Shown here: positions 1 to 12,622 of the stretch, piece after piece
Layout of the letters: the number at the start of each line of letters is the position of its first letter
How positions within the stretch are numbered: the first letter of the stretch is position 1
Source of the DNA: Lingula anatina
Taxonomy: Eukaryota > Animalia > Brachiopoda
Direction: 5' to 3'
DNA length: 64,000 nucleotides
NCBI GenBank assembly: GCA_051362555.1
Contig: CM120647.1
Coordinates: 13,492,651 to 13,556,650 of the forward strand
Position numbers and translations under genes: made by a program
The notes under the pieces: model-generated
Database searches by the model: none
Told to the model about the DNA's origin: nothing
The model's input: only the letters and a program-made list of their open reading frames with translations

Positions 1-595
1 AAGTGATTTTTTGTAAATAATAATCATATTTTTTACTTACTAAAATGTCTATCAATAAAATACTCATTTGGTTCACGGCCCTGAAGAAAATAGGCAGAGG
101 CCAGTATATCTCTTTATAATTTAGGAACGAAACGATGGAATACTTGTATCCGTCTTTGTATGTTTATTTGAAGATTTAAAGGTTTGGATAAGCAATATTA
201 TATAAGACGTTGGAGGATAAACGAGAAGTCTACTGGAAAAAATTGTAAAACATCAAGATGGCAAGAAATAGCAGTCTGTTGTATAGCTATACCTGTAAAC
301 ATACCTCACCTCAGCCTTAGTAGCGTGTTTGAAAACAACGAAGCTTCGTCTTTTACAATTTTTGTTTTCATTTTAATTTCTAAATGAACGGTTTAGCAGA
401 TCAAATACTCTCAGGTATACCAGGAATATCAGATGAAGCTGTCTTGGTGGATGTATTTTACCCTCGGCGAAGTCTCATTTTGGTACATATGTTAGCCGAT
501 ACAGGAAACCGATATCGAGACTTATATTGATACCGAAAATTAAATATCCAAGACTTAACAAACTGATATTATAACTGAGATTATAACTTAGAACA

Positions 596-765
596 TGTTA
601 TTCCGCGGACTAACAGATCCGTGAATCAAATATGACCGTCCCACTTGAAAGCGTGCTGCATAGTCTCCTGAGAGACCCTGAATAGATGTCTCGCTGGGAG
701 GCGAGTTTTCGAGAGTGTCGGCCATATTTGATCTCAGATGTGTTAGTCAGCGGATCAACTTCTGT
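596..765. repeat. Imperfect palindromic MITE-like element
   Basis: ttattccgcggactaacagatccgtgaatcaaatatgaccg (~599-640) pairs with cggccatatttgatctcagatgtgttagtcagcggatcaa (~719-758). Confidence 0.6.
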
Positions 766-2488
766 TGTGAATGCAGCCTAAGAAGTTCTTTAAGACTCAA
801 ACAAATGGATGGCAAATATGAACATGATGTGCAACAGTCAGAGATGGTCTCAGCGGAGGTTTAATTGGCTAGGAATTTCAAAAAGTATTGTTTTTCCATA
901 TTGTTTGTTTTGTAGGAATACCTCTATTGAATGCAAATAAATATTTATCTGTTACAAAGCAAAGAGAAGAAATATTTTCTTGGGGATACATGGATTAGAG
1001 ATGTTATTGGCAACTTATTTATTGGTCTCAGTTTATAATAGTGATTTCTTATCCGGTTTCATACATGTAGAACTAAGGTGAATCACCCTTCCTATCTGAA
1101 TAATCTTAAAGTATTCACCTGTTGCTTGTTTGGGGTTAGCTTGATTTATTCTTCCACGCATATCCCACCCGTAGGATATGCGCATATCTCAATAAAACGG
1201 AGAGAACATATGTTACATATTTGCATTGCATTTTTATTGAAATTGCCAAGAAGTTTCGAGATACATGACGTGTGTCTTGGTAAGCTGCCATTTCATACCT
1301 GACCTTAAGGTCACGAATAAACAAAACCCGCCGTTATGTGACCTAGAATGTCGACTCAATTGAGCGAGTCCATTATTTCAGTTGTTAACAACATGTTGTG
1401 CTATAGAGCGTTAGACCTTTGTAGCAAAATCCAATATACCTGGAAATTTTAACGCATTTCCTTTCGTTATAAAGGTATCAAAACCGTTGACAAATTATGA
1501 GTTATAAATTGGAGTTTTTAACATTTTTCCTAGTGTTGTGGCGTTTTCGAAACCGAGTCCTTAAAATTCACTTGAGAGTGGCTATGCCGGTTCTGGAATT
1601 TCGTATTTTGCCTTTGGGACCTGAAACCTGTATAATTATGTTTTATTCAGCGTGGGTTGCTGAAACGTCAAAACTGCCAACGATGATGCCACGTGATCAA
1701 GAGTCCGCTTGGTTTTGAGATGGTTCTTAAATCTACTGGTCGGTGACAGCTCACTTATTCGCACTTTGTCACGAGTCAGGTACTCATTGAGAAGGGTAGA
1801 TAGCGCAATTAAGACAGAACGCAGAAAAGACAGGCTCATCAACATATAGCCAGAAGTTTAGACCAAAAATAACTTTTTCGGTAAGTGTCCATTTTATAAA
1901 TTTGGTACATGGTTTCACGGTTTTCTACAAATTGTGCTCAGTCGGAAGGTTTGCATGTAAATTATGGGTTATTTGTTAGCAAAATTCAAGTTTTATCCAT
2001 AAATATCATAATTTTATTCATCTAAGTGTATTTTCTTTTAGTTCATATATGGATTGGTTATGTGTAGTGTATACAATGCTTGGACCATTATCTTTTTGTA
2101 TGCGTATGTGGATATTTCTAATAACACATATGTAATAAATCTCTATTAAGACGCATTTTGCAGAGTATACGGGATGCGCAAGTTGTGTGGTATATGCCAT
2201 ATAATGATCGAACGTGCGATGCATACCTTCGAAATATTTCAAAAGTAACACTGATAGAGAAACAGTTATTTTGGAGTCCGTTGACACCCTAAACACAAAA
2301 AAGCATTATAATAATTAAAGAGTACTGCAAGCATCAAAGCCTGGTGTATGTCGGTCAACCCCGTTTTCCAATATAGCTATAGGCTGGCACAGAAAGAGAT
2401 TGGTGAAAAATATCGTGTGTAGTTATTCGTTTTTTCTTCTACAAAGCTTCCGTCTTTATAATTTGGCACTGACTTGATTTTTAAAACA

Positions 2489-2491
<3 letters not shown>

Positions 2492-2561
<70 letters not shown>
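2492..2561. repeat. (TA)n microsatellite
   Basis: Pure TA run of ~70 nt; similar runs at ~15999, ~36453 and ~42491. Confidence 0.95.
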
Positions 2562-2565
<4 letters not shown>

Positions 2566-3520
2566 ATTACTAAACATTTTTTCATGCAAACTTCCTATGG
2601 TAAATTTTGTTTGTTGAAATTAGTTGAAGAAATTGTGAGGTAATGTCAGTAATGTTAACAAATGTAAAATTCATTTATATGGTAGGAGTATGTAGCCATG
2701 TATTTGCGTGTATGAAGTTCAAGTTAAATCTTAACGCACATGTCGGTAAAGCTTGGCTATCGGCAGTTCGATTTTTTTATTTCTTTTCCCATTTTTTAAT
2801 TAACAATAGCGTTTTTTTCTTCACATTATATTTTATTAATAGTTTACGATATAGAAGCATAAAGACGAAAACTTATAATAAGGCTTAAATTATATGTATT
2901 AGGGTTCTTGTATTTCAAAACTACATAATGAAAGCTCGGTTAATTTAAATGATATCACATAGTATTACTATAGATAAGTATGTCATGAAATTGTTGCCAC
3001 TGTGGTAAAATTATAAAATAGAAAATAACAAACATCGTTAAAAGTGCATTTTTTTTGGCATTATTTTCAGACACATCAGTTTGAATAAAAAACGTGGAGT
3101 TGTTGAAATCCATTTATTGGAATACGTACTGCCTCCAACGCGTTTTACTCATGTTCAAGAGGTGTCAATCGATAAAAGCTTTATTGTTTCAACATATTAT
3201 TTTGATGAACATTTTGCTTCGGATTATATTAACGATTTTATTGCTTTATATCCCCGGGAACAGCAATGTTAACATAATTTAACCTTTTAATTTCTTAATC
3301 GAAATGGAATAACGTAACTTCAGAATTTCCCCATCGCTGAAATGCTAATGTTTTGTTTATCTATGGCGTCATCCTATTATGCCTGTAGCTGCAAATTCCT
3401 CATTTTGCCCAATTATACCATCCACGTATTGCTGGGCAGTGATACAAAGACACGTTACTCGGGCGAGGTTAAGACGATCATTTTTGTCTTAGTGCAACGG
3501 GCGTGAACAGGGAGAGTAAA

Positions 3521-3676
3521 CCTGGGCTCCGTATCTCGAAAGGTTCGCTACGTTGCGCAAGTGCGCAAGCGTCTCGATTCCATAACTCCTCCATACTCGT
3601 CCCATATAATACATTGTAGCCTCTATTTGATATAGCGATTCGCAATACGCGATGCTTTCGAGATACGGGTGCCTGG
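3521..3676. mobile_element. PIF/Harbinger-like MITE
   Basis: TIRs cctgggctccgtatctcgaaag ... ctttcgagatacgggtgcctgg with CWG-type ends. Superfamily is an inference. Confidence 0.55.
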
Positions 3677-5021
3677 CGCAGGAATGCCAGGCGTATCCCA
3701 GCAAATTTACGCCCCGTTGATGCAACCGGGCCCAGGATCTTGGCTATCAAGTACACACGACAATTAAATGGTTTAGAGCAAAAATTATAGCAAAAATCTG
3801 TTACAAAGGATCGTAATCTTTACTCTTGTCAATTACTACACCAAGTTTGGTGATTTATCTGCAGCAATTACGTATTTATCTCACTAACCGATTGGCATCT
3901 ACACCAAATTAGTTTTGTAAGAACAGAGTAAATCTAAAATATTTTGTTAGAAGGTGTTTTCTGAGGGAAAGTTTGATGCACTTGAAATCAATCTTCTCTA
4001 AATTACAGGGTATGTATCATTAATGTATTAGGTCAGAATTTAATCCAATGGATATTGCTCCTATGCTTTTGTGAGTGAGATTTTGAGAAATCTTGTTACT
4101 TTCTGTTAGACAGAAAGGCATATAGAAGGCCAGCCAAAGCCGATGAAATATACAAACTCCTTCCATCGAATAATGATATCCCATTTGATGCATTGGGAAA
4201 ATAAACTTATCAACTTTTTACAAGTTCGAAGAGCATCTACCATACTGCCTAGTTACCTGATATAGCCCTGATTTAAAATGCCAATTTGTGAGCATTCTGT
4301 GAAAACAAACACTGCGTCCTCTACGTCACCAAACTTAGAGCAATTGCAGGTTTTCTTTCGTTGTGGTGTCAGGAGGATTTGGTGCTTCAGTACTTACCTT
4401 TGCGCCACTGGCTGTTGTCATTCTCTCCTCTCCCGTGGGTGGTATCCAGATGGTATTCTGAATACAGATTTCTTCTCTTCATTTTTACATATTTTAGCAT
4501 GTGTCAATGCTGGTTGAAGACATTATACATTCTCACTGCGCAAATGCTGGTGTCAGATTGCAAAAGGTATCACGCCATGCTTATTGATACGTATAGAATA
4601 TTTAACCGCTTTGTTCCAAGGTGACAAGGTTACAGATGTCAAGGACATACCGATAGCTAAAAACAGGGTATATGTTCCTTCATAATGCTCGTTTTTTCTC
4701 GGTATATTTAATAAATTCAGATTGTTTTGAAGTTATGCATACTCTATGCATACTCATTCTGAATGGTCCCTAAGAGATTTCACCCATGACGGTACAAATG
4801 AAAAATTTGGAACTAAAAAATATTTTTACAGAGCCTGGTTTTCTCAAAGGTTGTGGATAGGGTATAAGCATGCACAAGGGATACACCTGAGTAATATAAA
4901 ATGATATTTTTAGACATCCAGGCATTTTTTCTTCGTTGATTTCGTAACACAATGCTTCAAATATAAATGTAAAATCATGGGTTACTGTCACTTTTATGTT
5001 AAAGGTTTGATTTTATCAACG

Positions 5022-5503
5022 ATGTGGTCACTGCAATTCTATGCTGGAATAGTCGTGTTGCTCCTGCTGGACTCACAGGTGGAAGGTACGTATACTTACC
5101 TATAAAAGATGAACAGAATATATACCTTGATCTCGCAAATAATATATATGTCTTTGCCATCAGAAATTAGCGAGAGGTCCCGGGTTCGATCATCATATGC
5201 AAGGTGTTTTCATAAAAAATACAAAACATTTATATTCGCCGTTTGGGAGGTAAATATTACCTGATATTGACCTACCTTTCACCGCTGTCGACCGGTCGGT
5301 TGAGCATCAAAATTCGTTATCATGTAAAAGAATGTACTTATTATTTCAGGGGACCATTTCAAATTCGCCACAATCAGTTGCAGGCCTCATCCAGCTGATG
5401 CACTCCAGGTTAGTTGTTGCACGTTACCTTGTTTTCATGGATTAGTCAGTTGTAACAAACACAGATTGTAACTTCATTAATGGTGAATAAGTTTCAAACC
5501 CCA

Positions 5504-5540
<37 letters not shown>

Positions 5541-7314
5541 GTATGTATGTCACAAGCAAGATTGAAATCCAGGCAGATTTTCAATCTACCTAGGTAATAT
5601 TTATAATTTTTCTCCATTGTTCCCGTTTATCCAGGTAGTCTGCACGTGGCGGTCTGCATGGGCCCTAAACAGTGGGCCATGTTATTATCCCTGCACGCAG
5701 GATAAAATCGGCCTACTTACCGATGGGGTTTATGGCCAGTGGGAGTGTTCTTTTGGTAAGTACAATACCACGCATGCTCACAGATTAGCTAGCTCAGACC
5801 CAAGTTTAAAAGTCAGCTCCCTGTCTTAGTTGACTAGGATCACCATGAGAGTGATGTAACGCTGTTCCTGATAGGGTAAGATTTGCGCATGTGACCGTGT
5901 AACGTTGGTAATTAAGTTTTTAGGGGATCTGCCTTATTTTATTTATTTATTTTTTATTATTTTATTTATTCTAATTTTTTTTTTTGTGAAACTGGACCCG
6001 GATGGTTTCAGCACGTCCAAAGTTTCATGAAGTTTGGTGAAAGCCGAGTGCTAGGAGGCGACGTCAAAATATAATACTTTTCCCCTTTATCTTCCACTAT
6101 AGGCTGCGGATCCACAATAAACATTGCACCTCATCAATACTACCTTACAGCCATAGATAGTATTGAAGATTACCAACAAGGCCGGAATGATTTCTTTTAC
6201 ACTTGGCCAGGTCCTGGTGTGTTTCACTTTGGGTTAGTCTGTTTTTAGTCTTCGTCTATCCCATTACACCCATTAAACATCTGTCATTGATCTAGTTACT
6301 AGGATCATAGTATGCTATTATTCTTAGAGTCCCATTGAGACGTATAGAATGTCCTATAGGGGTTTTTCGTAAGGGGCATTTATTTAATATCATTTACATT
6401 TATTAAGTGTGCTTTGTAGAATGTGTGCAATTAAGTTGGCCAAATCGCAGGCAGCATTGAAATCCAAACCAAATGTTTATATGTTAATAGGATATTCAAA
6501 GTGCAAATAATTTGGTTAGCGTATTATGTAGGAAATGTTAGGGGCCCGTTTCACAAAATCACTTTAGCCTGAAGGCGAGTCATTCAGTTAAGCAAATTGT
6601 ACATATCACAGCTCCCACAGAGCTGAGTTGATCCACTGACACCTATGGTGTCTACGGGGCCTTACTGGGAAATGGGATCTTAAACACAAATAACACGAAG
6701 AAATAATAGTACCTTCGTTTATTACAAACGGACAGCGCATTCGGTATAGTACTGACGTATTTTTTAGTCAACCGAACGACATGTGTTTTTGTTTATTGGA
6801 TTAAGTAAGTACTTATATTTACGCGACGCGTGATTTGCATCTTGGCACCTCAGATTTTCAGGTTGCTGCTGGGCAACATTGGTCAATGGAGGGGATGGCT
6901 GGAATATCTATACCCAATACAATGCCGGTGTTAGAAGCGACACGGGAAAACCAAATGCTAGTCCTGTTACGGCAACAGTTCCAATCACTGAGTAAGTGTT
7001 CTGTAAATGCGCATGTGGGTTTAAACGGATATTGGTGTTGCTGTACTTGTACATGTACTACAATATATGTCCCCACATGTGAAATTGCTCTGCAACGTTT
7101 TTTACGCTAGTTACTACTGTAAATCCCATAGAGCAATCGCTTTGAATAACAGTTTCCAATGTGTCTTGTATTAAATATCCGAGCTATTGTAACAAAACAG
7201 TTATAGACTCGCCAGTTATAGACTAGGTACGCTTTCAGGCTATTGTGTAGAAAATGAGCAGTTTTAATTTTCATCATTATGAGTAACACTTATACACAGA
7301 TTAACTTTCATCAG

Positions 7315-7355
<41 letters not shown>

Positions 7356-7498
7356 CAGCATGGTTGTTTCCTGTGGATATCGGTTTGACATCCCGTATGC
7401 CGACCCAGACGGGGATACTGTAAGATGCCGCTGGGCAACAGGCGACGAGTGTGGAGGGATCTGTGGGCCACTGCCTGGGTCAACTTTATATCCAGTAA

Positions 7499-7533
<35 letters not shown>

Positions 7534-7655
7534 ACACAATACTCACACACACACATGCAAGCACAGCCAATACCGGTGCTACTTTATTACAGCACGAAAG
7601 CTCTCTCTCCTCGCACGCTCACAAACACACACACACACACACACACAGAGAGAGG

Positions 7656-7687
<32 letters not shown>

Positions 7688-10600
7688 AGTGACCACATGT
7701 AAATATATTTACCTTTACTGCTGCCTACAAATAAAGCTTGCTGGGAATTTTTACAAGCCGCCAAGTCGCGGAAAAAGTGAACAAGCTTCTCAGCAGCATG
7801 ATATGCCGTTCTCTGCTCGAACAGGGCACACGGTATATACAAATATGGACAGGATGACTTGCTGGGTAAACCTTTGCTTCATTTCAGAACTGCACTCTTA
7901 TCATCCCAGCCTCTGCCCGCCCTCTTTATACTAATGGGCTATACGGCATAGCAGTAACCATTGAAGATTTCCCGGCAGGAAGTATAACACAGGGTGGAGT
8001 CCAGAAAGACGAAACAACTCCATTGTCAAAGGTCCCATTGCAGGTAAGGTTATTAAGCGATGGATATATATAAACAGAAACGAAAATATATATTTAGGGT
8101 CAGGAATATTTGAACGACGCATGAAGACCTTTTCTACTTTTATTTTTTGAATATTAAAATGATATCAGTACTTATAGTATATCGTTAAAACTGGTGGTGA
8201 TTATGCTGTTAAGCTTTATGCAAAAAGTGCATCAAGCATTTTGTACGCTTCCATCGTTATTCACCTATCGGGGAATTCATTGTGTGAAATTGGTCCCTTT
8301 TGAGCCTGAAGTCACTGCATTGTCTTTTTGGCAGAGTTGCATATAGTGCATACCCTGTAATACTAATTCAGTGTTGACTTTCCATCAAAATTCACAATTT
8401 ATGACCTACTTTGTGCATTATTTTATTTTTTGTCTGTGCATGACAGTTTTGCTGCCTTGTTTTTGGAATTACAGGTACAGATGCATGCATATTTTTTGCG
8501 ATATTCTCATTTTAAACAAATTTGCATTTTCAGCGGGTGAGGTTGAATTCCCATGGGCCTTTAACCCTGCGCTAAAAAACACTCATCGGATAATCACCAA
8601 TTTTTTTTATTTCCTTTTTTCAGCGCAGCAAATGTGCAAATGTATATGGTGCCATAAAAAATTAACATTTCAGTATCTAGCCAAAATAATGGATGGCTGC
8701 GATTGTGACAACTTGCCAGCCTTCCAAGATCCACCAGTGACAGTTAACTTCCTTCTAGGAACGACTTACAAGAAAGGCATTGTGGCAACTTCTTCCTATG
8801 GGTATGAAAGCATTTGGTGTCCTTCATTATACCACAGCATGCACCTATTTTACCATGCAATATATATCTTATATTCCTTTCATAAAATGGGTATTAGATA
8901 ACCATGTCATATGATTTCGGTTGACGCAAAACCTTTAAAATATCAATATTAAATATTCATTATCCACACCTATGTTTACTGGCCAAAAAAAAAAAAAAAA
9001 AAAAATAGTGAGCTATTGTATTGACCACAGTGCTTCAAAACGCCCAAAAATGCACATGTTATAAAGGTCACTGAGTGCAGTCACAGAGCACCATCTCAGT
9101 CCTGCAGTAGAGTACTGATAAGCTTGACTATGGCCATCTAAAGCCGTTGCCATAGAATGCCTCATAAAACCATAGACAAAACAAAAATTGTGGTTCCTTT
9201 CTTTTGGATAATATATATTCTCTCCGTAACGTCGACTTCTTTTTACCAATGTAGGGTGAGTGCAATCAACGTGGTTCCTCCTACCGGTGCTATTGTGGGT
9301 ACAATGGTTAAGGTAAATGGAACCACTGTCTCGGTGGGCATTAGCTGGACCCCGACCAGTGCACAGCTGGGAGAGACGTTGCTTTGTTACCAAGCCATTG
9401 GCGGTGACGGGTAAGTAGAGGCTTTTGTTATCAGGGGCAAAACCTGTCGTCCTGAGGAAATTTGATTTTTGTTTCAAGTAATACAATGGCATGGTGTACT
9501 TAGATACGTTCTTGATACCGCATTGCATATATACTCGTAAATTCGTGATTTACAAGTATTGTTATACACTATATAAAATCTAAGAATAGGAAAAGTCAAT
9601 TGAAAACTATCAAATATGGTGTTGAAACCTAATGGGAACTTAGGTAATTATTGGCAATAACCAGTGTTATTGCCACTTATTTTGCGTCTATCTGGCAATA
9701 ATTGTCTCATGTGTTAAAAATTGTACATGTAAACCCACTGCAAATTTAGTAGCACTCAGCATCCAGTTTGGAAAGCAGGCTTATTGTACAATAAGCGGTC
9801 AAGTATTATAAGTCAGATATACGAGTAGACTGTGCATGAATTTGACCAAAGTAACATTTATTAAGTACTGACACGTGTCAGTTCGTGTCAAAATGGTGCA
9901 ATGAGAATGGTTATATTTGACTATATAGTTATATATTATATATACATTTTTTACAGTTGTCCTGGACCTTACCAATGTGATACAATTCAAGTAGGAGGTA
10001 AGATATTTGTTTTGATTTTCATTGTAATTTGAAGACATTTCGAGAAATTTGAAGCCAGTACGCACAGTATTATTCCCAAATCAATAATAACTCGTGAAAA
10101 GGGTCCAGCAATCGTTCTTATAACTTACATACTATTAAGCACTCATGCCTTTTACAAAACGTATGCTTTTCAAAACTGATTATCTATGTTAATATAAAAT
10201 CTATATGTATATTTTTGGCATTGCACTCCCTTTTTTTCTAATGTTGTCGCTAGAATGTATACGAATAGAAAAATGAAGTTCATGGGAATTATGAAGGCTT
10301 ATTACATTTGAGGATTTATTCCATTCTGTCTTCCCACGTCATCGCTACCACTGTCTCTACCAGTTTACTAGAAAGAGCCATTGCCAACTTCCATATTAAT
10401 AACGTATTTTCATTACATTAAAACCCTTCCGTTTGCTTCCAAATGTGCACTATCAGTTGGACATTTTTTATGAAGGTGACTCGCTGAAAACAAAATTACA
10501 AAAAAAGGCGTTAATTCTTTCTTTTTGCATCTAAATATTCAATATTTTGTTGTTCACAAATGTATAACTTTACCTCCAGCCAATGGCGGCTGGTGCCCAT

Positions 10601-10758
10601 ATGGAGAGTGGGGTGATTGCTCAGTTACTTGTGAGACTGGTAAACAGGCAAGATCTAGGGTGTGCAAATGTCCCGGACCCTCCTATGGTGGCGTCGACTG
10701 TGAAGGTTCGGATACTGAGACTAGAACTTGCACCGGCCCTTGTTGCCCAGGTAAGGCA

Positions 10759-10797
<39 letters not shown>

Positions 10798-12387
10798 GTA
10801 GAGCAAAGCAAAATGCTTATTGGCCTAAACCAATCCCAGGGAACACTCCTAGAGTGCACACCCTTCCCTCGTTAAAAGAAATAGATTAACAATAAGATTA
10901 ACAATTAGATTCGGTTAAAACATTTTTGCTTCTTTTCCTGGTGAGTACATGTAACTGACGGTCCTAAATTATCAAACTGTATCAGTTCATTTTTTCATAT
11001 ATCTTGTCCTCTAACATAAGGACCTGCCACTGCCGATGGAAACATAACCTTATTTGGCGGCGGTAATGGCTTTTTAATGCGTACGTTTCAGTTGACGGTT
11101 ATCTGAGTGATTGGTCACCGTGGTCTCCTTGTTCTGCTACCTGTGGACTGCCAGGTACGGTGATTCGGTGGCGCACCAAGGAGTGTATATACCCCGACCC
11201 AAAATGCCCTGGTGATGACTGTGGCGAGCTTCCGGTTGAATATGAAAACTGCACCCAACAGCCATGCTGTCTAAAGATGAACGAAACGGAAAGTTCGTCT
11301 TCATTTCAATACGACAGTGGTAAATATTCTAAGTCATTACAGTGAAGCGCACATTTTAAGTATCTTTTGTTCGATGGTTCTATAATAAAATTACTGTTGG
11401 TTTCTTTTCATACTCGAGGGTACATGTATATACATTATAATATAGCAGAGAAGGCCAGGTTGTTACTACCGACGTTACCCAAATGTTCATTTTATGTGGA
11501 ATAAACCAAGCCTGCTTCTATGTTTTAACGTGTATTGTGTGGCTTTAAGCAATATTGAGATGTAATATCACTATTGAATCGTTAGCGCACATCCGTTTGC
11601 CTATAAGAAAAATATTGAAATCTAATGCCACTAGACTTTTCTTTCAAATTTATGAGTATATGAAACACAAGAAATTAAGGCTTCCCCTTTTGTAAACTAT
11701 TCTGCATTTATAAGTTGCTTTATGTTGTTATTTTTTAGGAAATAGGCTTCATGATGTTAAGGTCGTTTTTAATGGAGCTAACACATATGAGAAGTATGTC
11801 ACCTTTAAATGCGGAATTGTTCTGATTGAAAGTATCCAAAACTACGGTAAGATGATATCAATTGGGTCTTCTTCAGTTTTTTAAATATATATTTTTTCTG
11901 TTTTTTATATTGTTTTTTTTTTTCGCTCACTAGAAGCAACAATTTAACATTGTTTTACTATTTATGTTGAAACACTGAATAGTTTGTTTGAGTTCATTTT
12001 GTAAGCGTAAGATCAAGGGCGTTTTGTATGCAAAGTATATATCTTTAGTAATTATAAACAAAAAAAAAAAGAAAAAAAAAAAAAAAAGGCGTAGTGTGTA
12101 AATATTGCTTTAATTGTAAAACTAAAGTATATATTGTCTGGACCTAAGTTTTTTTTTCTGTCTTTTAAAAAGTAATACAAATCCAGGCGTGGAATCAGCA
12201 TATATATTTTATTAATTTTATGTTGTATAATATTCCAGATGAAACCTATGTTGCTGCAGTGCAGGCTGCTGTGACAGAAGAATGTGTCGACTATTTGTCT
12301 CCAGTCTGTCACGTGACAATCCCTGCTCCTTATGGATGCCCTTGCGTCGTCATGATAAACTACACGTGTTGCGATGTCTTGTACTAA
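5022..12387 (+). CDS. Secreted ~594-aa protein: invertebrate 'integrin beta-like/HFRGG-type' N-terminal region, 2 thrombospondin type-1 repeats and a Cys-rich C-terminus; 14 coding exons
   Basis: Exons with GT-AG boundaries and consistent phases: 5022-5085 (signal peptide MWSLQFYAGIVVLLLLDSQVEG), 5350-5408 (DHFKFATISCRP), 5635-5755, 6103-6232, 6854-6991 (SGCCW..RSDTGKPNASP), 7359-7494 (IPYADPDGDTVRCRWATGDECGGIC), 7888-8043 (YGIAVTIEDF..PLSKVPLQ), 8674-8801, 9255-9410 (ISWTPT..LCYQA), 9957-9997, 10580-10750 (TSP1 WCPYGEWGDCSVTC), 11092-11319 (TSP1 WSPWSPCSATC), 11739-11846, 12239-12387 (TAA). Sum 1785 nt with no internal stop. Confidence 0.85.
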
Positions 12388-12622
12388 GTGGTGAGTGTTA
12401 AAAGTAAAAGAGGTTTATTCTTAGCGGAAAGCTGTTAATGGAACAAATAGTAATAATGTTTAAATTAGTTTTTCATTGAGTCTTGAAATCACGTGAATGC
12501 AAGTCATGATTTTCTTTTAAAAAGAAGTTTTTTTTGTCTTTTGGTATCCTGAAGGATATATTCCTTTAAGAACACTTCATTTCATTTTTTTTTAATTTCA
12601 CCATTTTTATACAATACATATA

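Noticed and set aside
5170-5192. tRNA gene (gaggtcccgggttcgatc)
   Set aside because: Only a box-B fragment, probably a SINE remnant; no cloverleaf.
9013-9528. 171-aa minus-strand ORF
   Set aside because: Antisense shadow of exon 9 of the TSP1 gene plus intron sequence.
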